A DNA stretch of 64,000 nucleotides, taken from contig JAYWIR010000008.1 of assembly GCA_036172245.1 (NCBI GenBank), forward strand, positions 2,604,001-2,668,000, in the 5' to 3' direction. The notes under the pieces are model-generated. The model did no database searches. It saw only the letters and a program-made list of their open reading frames with translations, and had not been told where the DNA came from. Origin of the DNA: Raillietiella orientalis (Eukaryota). The position numbers were made by a program, and so were the translations under genes. Below are positions 1 through 14,161 of this stretch, piece after piece (within the stretch, counting starts at the first letter, position 1; the number at the start of each line of letters is the position of its first letter).

Positions 1-1689
1 ACTCAGTCACCTGACTGAATGAATTGTTTGGTGATTCAGGGATCTTTCCTTCTTTCCTTTTCGTGAAGTGCTACAGACACAATCTCCCTGAATGTAATTC
101 CAGCCTGGGGAAAGGGCTCCCAGCTTCATCTTCCCCAAGCCAGCATGAGCTGCTCTTTCTTTATTTCTTCATAATAGTTTATGGTGTGCATGAGTTTTAA
201 ACCATTTTACCATGAAAGTAATGGACTAAAGCATTTGGGGAGGATGTTTGTTTTCAAAACTGAACTGGATTCCAAATGAATGTATTATTTGTTGTGAATG
301 GCAGAAATAAATAGATAGACTTAAGTTTACATAAGTAGTTCAAGAATTGGCACATGTGATTTTGGGGAGGAGGGGAGGAGGAAATGCTCAATTTGTAGTA
401 AAAAAAAAAAAAAAAACTGGTTCTATCATTGTTGAAGTTTGTATTTGTGTCTGTTTCACAATATTTTGTTAGTAAAAGTGAGCTTACACACAAGTTGGTG
501 ATCCAAATTTCAGTTGCCCAAGGGATTTAAAGCATTTACAATTATTGAATGAGAGAATGCATATGAAAGCACTTCCATGTTTCCATTTGGTTATTGAGGA
601 ATGAAGGACTGTTGTGGAGGTTAGATCCAGTTATTTCTTAGGCAAGGATTCCATTTGTCTGTATTGTTTTCACTTAAAAGAAAACACGTTTTTTTAAAAA
701 AACATGTTGAACCGAGCTAGTAGCAGTTAGAATGAAGTAGTCTTTTTTCAAGTTCACTGTTTTCACTTGTTGAGTTGAAGTCAGTCAAAGCATGGTCATC
801 ATGAATGCTTTTCAACTTGAACTCTCATAAAAAATAAAAAAAATCAAAGATACACAAACACAGGAATATCTGTTTTTGTGTGTGTGTTTTATTTTGAATC
901 CATCATTCACTTTCCCTGACATTCAATGCACAGAGTATGTCATAAGAAATGCATAGTGATAATTTCCTAATCAGAAATGGTTTCCAGTCTATCATGGGGA
1001 ATTCTCTCGTTGACATATGTCAAGACTTTACTGTTAAGAGTTGTGTTCAAAATTTATAGTTTCTGTGAAATTAGGTTGCTCTAGTAAATACCCTGGATTT
1101 TAGATGTGTTCCGATCAGAACTGTATTCCCGAACCATGGTTCTTATTTGGAAGTCTCTTGGAATTTTTCCCCCTGAAGCCGGTGTTTCACTCCCACTTGA
1201 AAAAGATGCAGCAGCAGCCTGTTAGATAATTTGTTGCCATGAGATAACCACGGAGAATGCAATATCGAGTTTTATCCAAGAAGCAGTTGCGCAAAACTCT
1301 GCCATGAAAAGGGAAATTTCCAAGGTCACGAGGTGTCCTTGGTCAGCAGCGTTGCGATTTTCCTTTTTTTTTTCAAGTGTCACAGAGGGCAAACCTCAAA
1401 GGTGTAAACATTGTAATTGGTCTGCTTCTGAAAACTGCCGTTCTTAACACGCTTTAAGAAATCTCTGGCAGTCCTTATAGCGAAGATCAATCGAATGTGT
1501 TTACGGTCAAATTTGTCAGTTCATTACGTGTTTCTGCCAAAGCCGGGTTTCAGATTGTGTTGGTAGCTCTACATGCTCGTGGGCTACGTAGGGGTGGGTG
1601 GGTGGTGATGGGCACGCCAGTGCCCCAAATTGGAGTACATTATTCGTGATGAGATGAACAACGAACTGGGAACTACAAATAACCTATGG

Positions 1690-2751
1690 TATTTTATTAT
1701 TGTTATTATTATTATTGTTCTTGACTCGTGTGCTTTGTGAAAGGGGGGAATTTCAAAGTAGGTCCTTGTATTAAACCACGAGCTTTTTCTGCTTTGCCGA
1801 AGTGAACTCCGAGGTTCGCGCTTGGGTTCTGCGTCGTCCTTTCTCGCAACACTCTACGACTTCCTGCTAAGATAGCCCAAGGAATTTTTTCTCTTTTGGT
1901 GCCTTCCCTCACAGCATGTATTGGTTTTTCCTTTTTACCCACCCCTTCATTTCTCAACGTTGCAGAAGAGTGGTTCCCAAGGGTTGCTTGGATTCTCCCG
2001 TGCAGGCAGATTCTTTCGTTCCTCGATGATGCCTCCGGCTAAGACCAAAGCTGGCCCAAGTCGAAAAGCTTTTGGACCCCTTTTCCAAGCTTCGTCATTT
2101 TAAGGCTCGGGGAGTGGCCATGAACCTACGCGTGCATTCTTCTCGTAAACCGCAAGTTCGCGGCTTCATCGCAGTCCCTCATCCCAGCTGGAATTTAAGT
2201 GAACGAAAAGACTTTTTATTTCGTCGTCATGGCATCCTTGTTCGGGTGGGATCTGGAAGCTGGAGTGGCACGCGGTGCTGTAATTTTCGCAGCCACCGAA
2301 AGTTTCGGTGCGTTTTTGTCGTGGAAAACGAATGCTCTGCTTTTTCATTTCGTGCTTGACTTTATTTGTTTTCAAAGAATTCATCCACTGGTGCCTGTAA
2401 TCTTTCCCAAGATGCGGATTCTCTGCCTTTAATGACAGGGACCGGAGCTTGCAGCGCTTTCCAGGAAGTGAACATTCGTTCTGGGGAAATACCGCAGAAC
2501 TGCGAAAACTTGGTATTTCATCAAGTGTACTAGGCTTTCGAAAATGCAAGCAAGGCATACGGTACTCGAATCGTTCACCGTACTGTGATGACGTGAATGC
2601 CAGTGCTAATGTGCATTCGTCACTGAAAGAGCCCCGAGTTTGTTGATTACGACTCTCTGACGGCTAGTTGCTATGGAACGGGATGTTCCAAATCTGATGT
2701 CTCGTGAGTGCGTTGTGATGAAGATCTTGCAACAGAGCACGCGTGCGGTTT

Positions 2752-2805
<54 letters not shown>

Positions 2806-5080
2806 CCCAATTGGATGTGTATGGTGATTTAATGCCGTGGTACACTGTGATATGTAGCGTTCAGATTTGAGCAGATTAGGATTCCACCAAGATGCTGGGT
2901 GACCGACGTGATCCAATTGCCGCACGCCTTTTAGCGCTTTCATTCGCTTTTGATTTTCCTATTTGGATCCCTTAAATTCTTAGTGGGTTTGTGTTTGCAT
3001 TGGACACAGAGCTGGCTTGCGAACCTCCTCCCCAAAACCCCGAGGGTGCACCTTCGCGGATATCATGATAGCCAAGTTTTCGACGCATTTCCTTTCCTTT
3101 CGATGATCGTTGGTTAATGATATTTGGACAGCATTAGGTTTTTCGTCCGTGCTTCAACCTTTTCGTCGTAATCGTAAAATGGTTTTTGTTTCTTCAAGAT
3201 AACATTATCGTGAACGGGTATTGCTGAGCTCGTGTGGAGCATTCCGAATGTATGGCTTTCGTCTTTGTAGTCACTCGGGGAGGCTTGCAAACATCACACG
3301 GTTCACTTGACGAGTTTTCGGAAACGCTTAGGACCATTATAGCCGTTAGGATCGAGAAGCTGTAAAGAAAAGAAAAAGAAGTAAAAAAAAAAAAAAGGTC
3401 CTTGAAATTACGTTACTCGGAAGTAAGTCGAGCAACTAGAGAAGAGCCATGTACGGAACTGTGCATGCTGATTCGTGTTTCCGTCGGTCGCCTTTGAACT
3501 GGCCAATCAATTTGGAGCTAGTTTGAAAGCGTTTATGGTCGTGACTGCTGTCAGCTAGGTCCCAGGCGGTCGTGCCGTTTACGCAATGGACCAAAGTGAT
3601 ACCTTGTGATTTTGTGGTGGGAGATGCGTTCGGTGCATCCCACTCTTTCCCTGTAGTTTGGTTTCCCACACCATCTCTTTCGCAGGAAGGCTCGGTTTCG
3701 CGGAAGACTGCTGAAATCGGCGGCTCGACCCCGTTTCCCGGCGGGTGTTCCTCTCGGAAACTGAAATCTGGCTCCTCTTCTCAGAAGGCGAGTTTCGGGA
3801 TGAGCTGCTGGGCGCTGCGAGTAGAGAGGGACTTTGTCTTGTTGTTCGTTCGTTGCTCATCGAGTATCCACGCGATGCTCAATTGCCGAACTTCCTCCGC
3901 CCTTCCCTTCCCAAGGATAGGCGTGCGTTTAGACTCCAGTAGAGCCACATCCGGATCCAGTAGTCCGTTCCCACCTCAAGGATACCATCTAACTTTGGCG
4001 TATCAACCGCAAAGCTTCCTTTCACCATGGAGAAACCACCAGCAGAATACTACGATTCTTGTTTCTGTCTCAGTTGTCGGCAAACCAGTTCTTTCACTTC
4101 GAAACCGCGCGTGGTCTCTTGTTGATTTAACCAACAGCCTTCAGAGTCTGCCGAAGAAGGTTTTCGTTTCATTTCACCTCCAGAGATGGACGAAACGAAA
4201 TCCCTGCCGTCCTTGCTGTTTCCCTTCGTCTTTGCATTCGGATGCCGACGACGTGCGCTTCAAAGTGACCTCGGGGTTGCCCTGCAACGCGCTCGTTGAA
4301 AGCGTAGTGTCGTGCGCAGCAACAGCAACAAGGATTCACGCTTTTTCACTCACGACGGCGGCAGTTCCCGTGCAAAGCGAGCTGTGCCCAAGGGCCACTG
4401 CGTCACGGGGACGGACCGAACCCTCAGAGCATCACAGGAAGTGGGAACAGGCGGAGCCTGCGTGGAGCCGCCGAAGACTGAACGGGGGGGGGGAAGGGGG
4501 GACAGTCCATTCTCTCTGTTCCTGCCAGTGAGGGAGGACATTCTCAGAATCATCCAGCTGCCGAAGTTTCCCCGCTTTTGTCAGTCTCTCTTCTCAGTGC
4601 GATATCTAGGAAACGAACAATCCGTTGCGAAGCGCGCACACAGACACGCACAAAAAAAAGCAGTGTCTGTTTCCATCCAGTGATTGTGGAACGTTATCTC
4701 ACGCGAATCCAGGGAACGGTTCAGGAGCTGCTCAACAGTCTGCAAACAGAGATTTGAAAAGTTGGATTTCTGCCTCGAGTTCCAGGCGCCACACGGCACA
4801 CCCATGCGAAACCACAGGCAGCTGGCAAGTCTGGCTGTCTGCTGGTCCCCGCGCGTCCTCGGCCGTAGCCGCCAAGACGGCTCAGAACAGTCAACAACAG
4901 GGTTTCTTTCCCGATCGGAGGAGGCGGACAAATCCCCTCACGACCTCCTCGAAAATCGCCTTGCGCAGCGGAGAGTTGACGGATCCGCTTTCGATGATCT
5001 TCGGCTGATCTGCTTCTGACATTTGCACGAATGCTCCGACGTGCGTGGCTCGTCCACGATGACTCGACTTGACTTGCATT
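1690..5080 (-). mobile_element. Heavily decayed L1/Tx1-like LINE
   Basis: Minus-strand remnants in the expected order: WDAPNASPTTKSQGITLV (APE-like S-x-G-V-A-I-L) near 3590-3645, IRILGK (cf. ILG/YLG) near 2400-2420, and an (AAT)-rich tail at 1690-1720. Many stops and frameshifts. Confidence 0.35.
2756..2804. repeat. (TG)n microsatellite
   Basis: Perfect TG run. Shorter runs occur at about 12641-12665, 42636-42661, 44357-44378, and (CA)n at 59082-59109. Confidence 0.95.
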
Positions 5081-8000
5081 CTTTTTCCGTCCCCCCCCCC
5101 CCTCCCGGAGCTACCTGTTATCGAAATTCAGAAAAATCAGCTACCCTGTTAAACACTGGAGATGCACACTGACGTTGCGCGGGTTTCCATGCAGTCACAG
5201 CACGTCATCCGAGCGCAGAGTTCGAATGTTTCCGGTTGCTGCGCTTATCCAGAAAGACGCTGCTGGAGTGGGAAAACAACCTGAGGACTCGTGGTCACCC
5301 ATCTGACTCAGCGCATGCTCTGCGAATTGCGGTGTGCCTGGGGTCACTTGTGCACTCGTGTAGTCTGCGTTTTTCAGAAGCCATGATGTCATCACGATGA
5401 CAGTTCCCGTGGGATCGGCCTTTGCCTTCGTGGAGTGCGGTGCGTCAAGAATGCGGCAGCGAATTTGCGGAGATCCCGCTTTGGCCCACCCTCTTGCTCG
5501 AACCCCGAGATTCGGGAGACCTCGTCGTCCCTGTGCAGTTCGGGAGCCGCATGGTCTCCCGCCGGTGCTTTCGGTGGGCGCGGCGCTCTTTCGTTTCCGA
5601 ACATGAGAGCGTTCGCTCGCTTGCGTGCACAGGCGACTGCCCTGCTGGCCCGTTGCGCGCGAGGTGCTCCTTGGAGCAGCACGCTCTTCCTGTCTACTCG
5701 GGACAACGGAAGTTGCGATCGAGGATTTTTGCTCTTGTTCTTGTACGTGTTTCCGATTTTGTTTCGTAGCGTGGTCGTGCGGCAGCTGGTCATGGCGAGG
5801 CATATTGAGGAGGGGGAGGGTTGTCGGTCCTCAGCGGGTGCCCCCTTTCCATTCGTGTCCGCTCCGGGAACGCGCGGTTCCTCTTCCGGCCCGTGCTCAC
5901 CGTGGGACGGGTATTTTCCGGCGTCGAATCCCCTCGCTTCGTTCGCATCTCGGGTTGGCGTGCGAAACACCCCGAGCATCGGAAGGAGGACTGGCGCTGC
6001 GCGGGCGGCCGGCTGCTGGCAGCGCAAAAAAAGTGTGTCGCTGCTTCACTTGAAGCGGGCAGAGCGGCCTCCCAGTCGCCCCGTGGCGTCGACGGCGCCG
6101 GCCGCAGCAGCGGGTGCGGGAGGTGCGCGCGTGCGCTTCCAGTGCCCGTTCGCAGCAGCCCCTCCTGCCCTTCCTTTGTAGGCCCGAGGGGGGTCGACTG
6201 ACAGGCGAGAACTGGAAGCACGGCGCTGTCGTCTTCCACGGGAGGTCCCTCAAAGCTCACGCGGCCCCTTCTCCCTTTGTGAATGCCCGTCGCGTTCGCT
6301 TGCAGCGCCAGGCGCAGTCGCGTCTGGCGCAGCGATGCTCGCGGACCCGCAACATCGCGAAGATGCGTGATGCTGGAGTTGCTTCCTGACTCTCAGAGCA
6401 CTCCTTGCCTGAAGCTGGACGGGAAGAAGAAGAGGAGGAGGAGGGGGGGAGGCTGTCGTCGTCATGGCGACGGAGTAGGCGGTGGCGGTGGCGAGTAGTG
6501 AGCGTGCGTGATCCCTCGGTTTTTGGGTGCGCCACCGTAGGAGGCGCAGTCCTCGCAGCCGCGCAACAGGAGGCGGCCAATCAGCGGAAGCACCGTTATC
6601 CGAGCGAGAAGGAAACCTCATCGCTGTCGTGTTCCAGGGAAAGTGACAGCTGCGGCAGCGATGACGCGCGGTGCTCACCCGCGCGGTGCCACGCTGCGAT
6701 CTCGCAGTCACCTCGAATTATTTCTGGAAATCTGCGGGACACGCGCCCATCAGCGGATGTGCGCGTGCGCGTGGGAGCGAAGAAGTCGGGAGATAGTCGT
6801 CCCCTTCTCCTCCTCCCCCCCCCCCAACCCTCCTCCGGTGATTCAGGAGTGGCCACCTCCTCTCCTCGGGCACCACAGTCGGGTCGGGTGCAGCACGGCC
6901 CCTTCCACGGAAGGGTTGTGTGAGGGGGGATGAGAAACGGACAGAAAACAGGCGGGCAGCAGTGGGGCGAGGAAGCCTTGAAGGGAAGACGCGGCGTAGA
7001 AGGGTGTGGCCCGCGTCCGCGAAGCAAGAGATCCCAAAAGCTCCTCTCGGAAGAAGGTCACGTGGAAGAGGGAGAAATGCAAACTCGGGAGAGCGGGGCG
7101 CGCCTCTCGGGAAGTGGAGCAGGGCGGCTCTTTTTGGCATGCATTGCGGTTTGGGGATCCAGCGGGAAAGCGATGCAGCCTCGGAGCGAGCTCTCCGGAC
7201 CATCGCGCACCCTTCGTTTTTGGTTTCCTTTTTCGGGGCTCCCCACCTACCATCCGCCGAAGGCGTGCGGCGCAAGAAGATTCGTTGCACATCGTCGAAA
7301 TCAGGACGTGCGTTGTCTTTTGTTTCTTGTTTTTTTTTTTTTTTTTTGCCTTTCACGGCGAGCTCTGCCATCACGGTCACGGTTCCCATGACAGCTGGCC
7401 GAGAAGACGAATCTTTTGTCGCGTGACCTCTGTCCGTGTCACGCCGCAGCGCCTAAGGCCTCCTTCCGGCGGTCGCTCTCCTTCCTGTCGTTCTCTTCTC
7501 GCTTGGCGCGGCCAATATTCCCCGTTGTGCGGGGGGTGCCTGCGGGTTCTTCATCGGCGGCGATTCCGCGCCTTCGCTTCGTGTTCGGGCCCGCGTCCGC
7601 TCCCACGCACGCTCCTAGCAACCGGCGCTTCTTGAGCTCTTTGCAGCTCTGTTTCCCACTGCCATCCGTACCCAGCATGTCCAGGCAAGTCACGTGGGCC
7701 TGCAGACCCCGTTGCCGTTCCCACCCGTGAGGATTGGAGGTGGGCGGTGGTTGAATTTTTTTTGGGTGTTTTCTGGTGACGGGGGTCGTACGGATAGCTG
7801 ACACGTCGTTTTCCGATGCGACTCCTCGTTGTCGCCTCAGAGAACTACGGATCCCCTTTGCTTTCCCGTTGGGGGACACCGTCAGCAAACCACGGGGGCT
7901 CGAGGGCGCTTTCCGACGCGCATCCCCAGTTTGATCCCCCAAACTGTTTGTGTCCGTCTTCCACGTCGAGGCGACTGTTTCGAACTTTCACCGGGGACCA

Positions 8001-11000
8001 CGGAGCGGCGCCAGGCGCGCCGCGTGGGAACATCTGGGTGCGCGCTCTGCCCGCTCCTCCATCGGACTGGTTCCCGGGAGTGGATTGTTGCGACGAATGA
8101 TTGTTGGGGACGCGCGAAGCGGCTTGCTTGTTTCCCAGGCAACAATTTCGAGAAAGGAACCGAGTTTCCAACCAAGGCAGCGTGGAAAAATCGCCGATCT
8201 TATCTGATCAGAGATGAAAGTCTCGGTTTGCTTATCGCTTCTCTGTTACGTGACCTCAGTATTAAGACGTCTCGAGGCATCTTCCTGCCCCCCACAGTCT
8301 CGTCGCGATGGCGGGGTGCCACATGCGGAAGGTCGTGTTCCCTGGATTCGGTGGCGCTCTTTGCTGAGGGAGCGTCACGCGGCAGCTCACGTGATTCGGC
8401 AGAGCACCGCCGCGCGTTGGTTATAAAAGTGCAGTGACACAACAGCACAGCCAGGAAAAGGCAAGCCGATTCTGCTTTGATTCATTTATTTTGTTTTGTT
8501 TTACCGAAAATCGGATGGGAGTGACGTCCCCGACTCTCAGCACGGGAGCGCACGTGTGCGCGAGAACCCCGGTGCAGCTTCGGTTTCGATGGAAACGAAC
8601 GCGTTCTCGAGGCTTCGGGGTGGGCGAAACGTCCGCCTTGCCGGAATGCTGGGGCCCGGGCTGCCCACTCCAGCGCCGGCCACCAGCGAGCCGGCCCTGG
8701 CGTGGCAGAGCTGCGTGGCAAACCACCGGAAGGCGGCGGTTGGGTCGCGGCGTCCGCCTCACCCCGCGGGAGGACGGCGGCGCGGGTCGCGACTGTCCAG
8801 CGAAGTCGGGCGGGGAAGAGGGGCTTTGGCGAGCAGCCTCCGCGCGCGCTTAACCCAGAGGAATCATGGCCATGGGGACTTCGCGGAAGGCAGTTCCCCC
8901 TCGCTCTGCTCCGCGACGCAGACCCCAAAGGCGCCGCTGGACCCCCCCTTTCTCCCCCTCCCCTGCGGACCTCGCTCGTGCGCAGCGCGTTTCGGCCTCG
9001 ATCGCATTTGCTGGCTGCGTCCTTCCTCGCGGGCGCGCGCGCCGTTCGACCGAACGCGAGCGCACCTGCGCAGGACCCCGGAAAACGGCTGCGACAGGTC
9101 ACGCGTCCGCTGATCCGAAGAGTGCCCCTGGAAGGGTTCGTGGGAGCTACCCCCAGGTGAGGGTAGCGTGCGTGCCGACGGCCGTTTCCTCGACAACGTG
9201 TTTTGCCCCGCGACGTGTGCTGCACCACCTAGCGAGCGCCATTTCGCGCCGAGGCAGCAGCAACCGCGCGCACGCGACTTCCTCGAGCAGCTCTTGAGGA
9301 GTCGTCTGGAAAGTTCTCTCGGTCTTCGCGAACCTTCCCTACTCTGATGTCAGCGGTGTCGTCATCGGGAGCGAGTGCAGCAGCGTTGTTCCTTCGCTCT
9401 GTCGTGCTCACAAGGCGGGACGATGTCGCATCCGCCTCCGTGCCTTCTGCATCTTTGGGTGTTTTTTCGGATCTCTCAGCCTCGTTCGTCCGGTGCTGCC
9501 CGGTCCCCGGCGACGAGAAACGTGGTCGTCATCCTCGGCAGCTTCCCGCTCACGTACCGTTTGCTGTCCTCGTTTCCCAGCTCGCCCCCTGGGCCCAGTC
9601 CCACGGTGCGAGGCGGGGAAAGGCAGAAGGCAGATGTGGAGTTCCGTGCTAGCAGCGTGCGGTCGTGTGGTCACCCCGGTGTCCCCCAGCTGAAGTCACT
9701 GGCAGGTGTGGGACGCAAGTCACGGGGACGCAGGAGACGTGACGTGCGTCCACCTTTGCAAATTCCGAGCTTCTGTGGGTCTTTCCGATCGATCGTGTCT
9801 TCGGAAACGCTCCCTGTTCGTAAGATGGTGGCTGGAGGCGCTGATAAGGACCACTGAAAAAAGCGATTACTCGCGCCCCTCCTTCTCCCTGGGGGAAAAC
9901 AAGTGTGCCTCTTCAGAAGCCGCGTCTGAACGCCTCAAGTCTGCTGCTCCCGAAGTCGTATCCACATATGTGTAGTTACGCGTCCAAGAAGCAGCTGATC
10001 TTTGGCAGTCGCGTGCTCCTCCCAAAGAAACGCAGCTGCGTTTTTCTTCTTCCTCCTCTTTAATCTCCTTGATGTTCCTTTAGGTGCCTCCTTTCTGGAC
10101 TCGATGATATCGATCAAGTGTCCTTTGGGGAAACTGTGAGAGAGCGTACACGGGCAGTGCATCCTCGCAAGCACTCACTGTCGGTGTCGTCCCGTGTGAG
10201 CACCGGCCGGCGACTCGTTAGGAAGCTGCCGTCATCCAGTGCAAGATGGTCCCCTCTGAAACCGCTCTTGCACTGCAGCGTACTGCAGTGTTCGGGAAGT
10301 CCTTTGGGGACTTTTGCTGCTTTGCCGAACTCCGGAACTTGGGACCTCGCGGTTCGGAAGGTCGGAAGGGATCTTTGGGGCGAATGCTCCATGAGAGATT
10401 TCCCGTCCGTGAGCGTGGATCCGCTCCGGAGCAACGCAGCAGCTGTTTCGGAAGACCGGTGGAGTGCCCAAAGTGCAGCCGCATTCCTGTACTTAAGGGG
10501 CGAGGAATCCGTCCCTTTGCGTCCCCCACCGCGTTTCCAGAGGAATCGGCGTCGCTTGTTGACCCTTCTGCCCGTTTTCATCTCTTCCCCCACGAGCGTG
10601 CGCCAGGGTCACGGCGCAGACTGCTCCAGAAGCGTGCTAGACCACGCGGAACCGGGAGCGCATCCCGCATCGCTCCGAATGCCAAACAGGCCGAAGTGGT
10701 AAAAGGAATCCTGAGTGGTGGCGGCGGCGTTCGAAATGGGCCTTCTGAGTCAAAGGGCGCGGAATCGTGGGCACTTGAGGGCTTTCTAAGCCGAAAAAGC
10801 GCGGCGATTCTCAGCGGGGAGGTCGCGGGTACTCTCGTTCTGTCGAGAGCAGTGCGCGCGCGCTCCCGAAGCCCTGCGGCGCCCCCGTTCCTCCCCCCCT
10901 TCCCCCCCCGTTCTGCAAGGCTGTCGGAGGAAGCCTCCGCGTGGTTCGACCGCGCCGGCAGGTTTCGCCCCCTGCAGTCTTCCGGATTTTTCTTTTTCTC

Positions 11001-14000
11001 CCCCAACTCGCGCGTATCGCTGCGGTGACTCGGGGGGGAAGCGCCACCTCCCGAACAGCTCTGCTGCGATCCTCCCCCTTCATCCCTCATCGGGAAAGAT
11101 GGTTGGGACGACTCCGCGAGCTCTCCGCACTCCCCGTCGTTCGCCTTCGAGCCTCCCGCATGCACGCACGCCCACGACTCACGCCTCAAGGTGACTCCTT
11201 TCCCCGACCGTGCCATTGGTCTCCGGGGGAAGGCGCGCGAAAAGCGGATGGCGGGCACCGCCGGGCCGCTCGGCGGGAGGACGCGCGAGAGTGGGCCGCG
11301 TATCTGTTGCCGCTGCGTCCCCCATGGCCCTCTGTAGGTGTCGTGCCTGCCCTGCCGCGTGCATGCTTCCCTCCCAGACCAGAGACTTTTCCCCTCCCTG
11401 TTTTTGAGCCTCCGCGGAACTGCCTGCTGCAGAGCTCCCGGCGCGAGCTGCACGAACGTTTGGATCCTCCTGCCCTCCACGGTAGAAGGGAGGGGGGGAA
11501 GGAGGGGGTGAAACGTGTGCGGAGTGCTTGCAAGTTTCGGGCAGATGCGCGAGAGGTAGACGCGAGTCCGCGAGGTTGTGTGGGCGTGGCTCCGGACGGC
11601 TTCCAGCGGCGGGGTAGATTTTTCCGGGCGCTCCACACGAGGGCACGCGCGCGAGTATCGAGCGGCGAGGCAGCAACAGTAGCTCGCCCGGGAAGTTTCC
11701 TTGGCTCTGCCGCGGAGTGGGGGGGGAGCAGCGACGTCTGGAGGCTCGTTCCGTTCAGTAGCAGCAGCAAGGACGAAGGCCGCGTAGGAATCCACCGGGA
11801 GCCGCCGGCCTAACTCTCCCGCTCGTTGCGTCTGGCAGTGCCGGGCTGTTTCTGCGGGAGGGTGGCGGTTCCGGGTCTTTGCCTTGCTGCTAGGGTGGTG
11901 CTGTGGCATCAGCATCTCTCCATCATCTGCTTGGAAGGGCCGCACCCCTCTCCGTCTCATAGGTCCTGACTACGGCCGACAGCCTCCCTCGCAGGCAAGG
12001 TCGGTCCACTCTTCTTGTGAAAACTCACTGGAGACGGCCCCTTTTCCGGAAAGGGCCAAGGCAGCTGCAGTAACAGCAACCGCGCGTCCCGGACGGAGTT
12101 CACGCGGCCCGTCATCGATCGGACCCCTTGTGTCGGTTTTGCCTCTCTTTTTCCTTTTTGGTTTTCTCCTTAAAATACTCTGGTTAACCGCACCTCACTC
12201 AAGAATGTGCATGGTGTACCAAGTAGGCAACGGTAATAGGGTTCCTCCGGAACTGGGTTCGAAACCCACGTCGAGCTTTCTGTACAACTCCCCCGCAAAT
12301 CTCCGGGGCTTCGCAGTCCGTGAGAGGTTCTCCACCCACTGGGCGTTGGTTGCGATGCTGTCGCGGAACCATGTCGACACGGGAGAGGAGGAGGAGGGAG
12401 GAAGAGGAAGAGTGTGTGCCCTCGGCTCATCCACGCTTTCCCTGTCGGCGGCTGGTTGGTTCTCCATCCGCAACGCCGGGAGAGACGGCGGCTGCTACGC
12501 ACGCGCCATGTTTACGTTTTCCCTCTTCTCGGGTCGTTGCCCACAAGCCGCGCCGTACGCCAGCAGTCCGCGCGTTCCCAGCTTGCAGTTCACGTGGTGC
12601 TCTCTAGCGTAGCGAATTTGAAACGGTAAGTTTTTTTTTTTGTGTGTGTGTGTGTGTGTGTGTGTCCCCCTCGTCTTTCGTAGTGCTGATGAAGGAACGG
12701 GAGGGCGAGAGGGGAGGAAATGCGTGTGTGAAAGGGGTTGGGGCAGAAGCAGGGGCGATTTCAGCAGGAATGACTAAGGAACCGCGTGGCGAGATCTGCC
12801 TCCTGCGGCCGCGGAACGAGGCTTGAGAGCGAGACTTTTCCTCCGGGAGTACGAGCGGCTACCGCTGCTGCCGTGGATGCTTCTTCCTGATTGCTGTGGC
12901 GATTAGCACTCGCAGCCAAACTGCAGTCGACGAAGGTGGTCACCTCTCAAGCAGTTGCAGAGAGGATTTTTGTTTTGGCTTCCCAGTTTCGTACGCCCTG
13001 CCTTGGCTCGGAAGGGGCTATCCAGTCCACTTTGGATGTCTCTTGGGGCATAAGAAGATACCTCAGAGGTGCAAACACAGCTCGTCTGCCTCAAAAATTT
13101 TCGGGCACTGAGCCGATCCGTTTTGCATGTTTGTTTGTTTGTTTGTTTGTTTTTTTAAAAAAAAAAGGTTCAAGTACCCTGGTTAATGCTGTCCTGCGCA
13201 GCAATGCTCTTGGCGTAGCGACCCGGTCTGGTGTGAACTGGGTTCGAAGGCCCCCTCGAACTTGTGAAGTCATGAAAGACTCGCTCGGCTTGGCTATTCC
13301 TGCCAGGGGATGAAGTCTGGTGCAAGAACGAGAGTGCAAGACGCAAGACAAAGAATCTCCTTGTGCAACCACGGGTGTTTGCTCTGGAAATTCCAGTCAC
13401 CGCTGCACCTCCCTCCCTCCTCCTCCTGTCCCCACTCGCCAGTTCTTGTCTGGATTCCCCACGGGCAGGAACTTTTGTGTTCCTGCCTTTGGGAAGTGAC
13501 CACGAAACCTTCGGTTGGTGCGCTCGTGCGTTGGTCCAGAAACGACATGACGCTTCCTACGCGACATCAGGTACTGCTGCTGCGTGCGAAGCCGACATGC
13601 GCGTGCGTTGTCAGTGCCAGTGGAAGGGGGAGGAGTGTCGCAGCCGTGACTACCACCATCCCAGCTGTGCGAGCGCGTCGGAGTCAAACAGCAGCATCTC
13701 TCGCGACCCTCCCATCCTCTCTCGACCTCGGGAGGTCTGCATTCCAATTAGACAAACCAGGGGACCCGGCAGTCGAGTCGAGGCTTGTTGCCACGGGTCG
13801 AATCCAAAACCCGCACTGCCACGGGAAGCCCGCGGATAGGAAAGAGTAAAAAAGTAAAAGGCCCGCATCCACGCAATCCGCGGATCGTCACGACGTTTTC
13901 CCGCTGATGCATTCCCTGATGATCCATGAATGGATGATATACGCTCAGGTCTGCCAGCGTGGCAGAATAAAACGATGCGAAGTACTTGCGATATGAAAAG

Positions 14001-14161
14001 CCGCGCGCACTACCCATTTGGCAGCCCTGCTGCGTGATGACAGGATCGTCGAGTCTCTTGGGTTTGGGCCCTTTCTAGGTCTTCAGCCTGGTAGCAACGC
14101 ACAGTGCTCACTGTGCGCCCTACTTCCCGGCATCGCCATCTGAGCCTCTCTCTCTCACGTA

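Noticed and set aside
12205..12275. Possible tRNA gene (gggttcgaaaccc T-arm)
   Set aside because: No acceptor stem, D-arm or anticodon arm could be folded; A-box spacing in the second copy is too short.
5195..12612. Many long overlapping ORFs (e.g. 10578-11960, 460 aa; 10246-11028)
   Set aside because: Arg/Pro/Gly/Ser-rich translations on all frames with no domain motifs, as expected from high GC. Only faint RT-like words (LAPDDDTA, AAEDDDHV), too weak to call.
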